From positions 544,001-608,000 of the forward strand of contig CAVTBU010000007.1 of the NCBI GenBank assembly GCA_963733035.1: a stretch of DNA of 64,000 nt, in the 5' to 3' direction. Below the pieces are notes generated by a model, which saw only the letters and a list, made by a program, of their open reading frames with translations, made no database searches and was not told the origin of the DNA. The translations under genes and the position numbers were made by a program. Shown here piece by piece: positions 62,718 to 64,000 of this stretch (position 1 is its first letter; every line of letters begins with the position of its first letter). This DNA is from Pirellulales bacterium. Its GTDB lineage: Bacteria > Planctomycetota > Planctomycetia > Pirellulales > PALSA-1355.

Positions 62718-63290
62718 ATGGCTGACGCTGACCAGCTGCTGGGAATGTATTTGCATTTAGCTCGGGCCAGCAAAGTGCGACAGCAACCGCTGGTGCGGGC
62801 GAAGCTTTTGGTCATGGCTGGCGTCCAGGCCGAAGAAATGGGACTTGGAAAGATCGCAGCACTGTGTCGGCACCATGTTCTCGCGCAAAACCCGCGGCAC
62901 TTGATGCGACGTTGGCCGACGATTGGCGATGCGCTTGATGCAGAGGCGTTCCAAACGCATCTCAAACAGCTTCGTCGCCGTTACTCGCGCGAGAAGATTG
63001 AACACATGATGCAGTCACTAGGCATCGAGATGGGGCAGGAGCGAGCGGCCTATTTCACCGACGCCGAATATGCGGCAGCCCTGTTAAATACTCGCCTTGA
63101 AGCGATCGACGGCATTCTGTCGGAGCTCCCCATTCGCTTGGTTCGCGACGTGATGGCCAGTGGTCCAGGGTTTGACGCCAATCGGCATTCGACGATGCCG
63201 CGGCACGGCCTGGTCATTTGGGCACCGTTCGTCGGAGGCTTGCTCTTCCTGGTGGTGCTGGCGATTCTCACCTGGCGCATCGAAATGTGA
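62718..63290 (+). CDS. Hypothetical protein with a C-terminal TM segment
   Basis: LLGMYLHLARAS...LAQNPRH; hydrophobic C-terminus. Confidence 0.7.
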   Translation: MADADQLLGMYLHLARASKVRQQPLVRAKLLVMAGVQAEEMGLGKIAALCRHHVLAQNPRHLMRRWPTIGDALDAEAFQTHLKQLRRRYSREKIEHMMQSLGIEMGQERAAYFTDAEYAAALLNTRLEAIDGILSELPIRLVRDVMASGPGFDANRHSTMPRHGLVIWAPFVGGLLFLVVLAILTWRIEM

Positions 63291-63312
63291 CACTTGCTCG
63301 GCAGGCACGTCC

Positions 63313-63657
63313 ATGGCGAAACAATCCGCTGGCAGTCACGACGAGTTGCCGTTTGCACTCGAATACTTGCGGGCACCGGCGCTTCGGCTGGTTGGGAGTG
63401 ACAATCAAGTCGTCGGTTGCGGCCAAGTGGATTTTGCCGCCTTTGAGCGTGCAATCAAATCGGAATTCGCCGGACTCACGTCGGCGCAGACCGCTTTCAA
63501 ACGAGCCGAGCATCGACAGTTGATGGCGCGCTGGCTTCAACGTCACGAAGCAAGCGATGAGCCCTTGGTGGTCGGTTTGCAGTTTATTGCGCTGCTACTT
63601 GATACGACCGGCCAGGCGTTGACTGCTGCGGACGAGGATCCATCACTCTCTGAGTAG
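63313..63657 (+). CDS. Hypothetical protein
   Basis: ATG at 63313, shortly after the previous gene. No family recognised. Confidence 0.5.
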   Translation: MAKQSAGSHDELPFALEYLRAPALRLVGSDNQVVGCGQVDFAAFERAIKSEFAGLTSAQTAFKRAEHRQLMARWLQRHEASDEPLVVGLQFIALLLDTTGQALTAADEDPSLSE

Positions 63658-63702
63658 CCAAACGGGATGTTGGCCCGCGACGGTCTTGGTTTCCCTCTTG
63701 GC

Positions 63703-64000
63703 CTAATTCGCCGCGAATCCCACGATTATCTTTGGCGGATACTTCTTGAGCACCTGGACGTAGCGCGTGATTTCGCCGAGCAATGGTATTGTGATCGGGA
63801 TGTGGCGGACGCCTACGCTGATGTCTTCCTGCGGGTTCGTATAGATGTTAGTCACGGTCGCGCCACCGGTGTTTTTGACGATCGCGCCGCTAAAGCCACC
63901 GGTGTAGCCGCGCTGAAAGATTGCTTCCTGCAATTCGACCGTAATGTGGGCTTTGAATTCGTCCATCCGTACGGCCGATAGGTACTGGTTCATTGTGTAA
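63703..64000 (-). CDS. Hypothetical protein, probably 5'-truncated by the window edge
   Basis: The frame is open to the end of the window. Confidence 0.45.
   Translation of the reverse strand, partial: YTMNQYLSAVRMDEFKAHITVELQEAIFQRGYTGGFSGAIVKNTGGATVTNIYTNPQEDISVGVRHIPITIPLLGEITRYVQVLKKYPPKIIVGFAAN

Noticed and set aside
63703..63993. CoaBC call from IIVGFAAN
   Set aside because: The motif is immediately followed by a stop, and the rest of the sequence does not resemble CoaB.
1..64000. CRISPR array, rRNA, integrase/transposase, prophage
   Set aside because: No regularly spaced repeats or recognisable signature genes were seen.

Overview
GC-rich bacterial chromosome segment that is very probably from a planctomycete (Pirellulales-like). 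That call is inferred from the DUF1501 protein, the PEP-CTERM proteins, a TPR-RpoA-CTD protein and the vWA and AsmA-like proteins. The housekeeping backbone is kdsA, amtB, tRNA-Thr(CGT), tgt-yajC-secDF, ymdB-rny, tilS, dapF, xseAB-ispA-dxs, nadK and sbtA. A roughly 15 kb accessory block (41.3-56.4 kb) separates dxs from nadK. It carries a candidate polymorphic toxin/immunity pair with a PD-(D/E)XK-like nuclease tip, an R2-like ligand-binding oxidase, two PEP-CTERM proteins, a stand-alone degenerate Toprim protein, gene remnants, actP and fsr. Notable non-coding signals are a ~270-nt nested-stem RNA upstream of rny (6S-like position), an 85-nt three-way-junction/REP-like element, a tRNA-Thr 5'-half duplication bracketing a 1.2 kb islet, and sigma-54 promoters before amtB and sbtA. 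The gene divergent from sbtA is an NtrC-like regulator that lacks its AAA+ domain. About 11 small frameshifts split otherwise intact genes and are most likely long-read sequencing errors. No CRISPR array, rRNA, integrase or transposase was seen. Family assignments come from motif recognition by eye, not from database searches.
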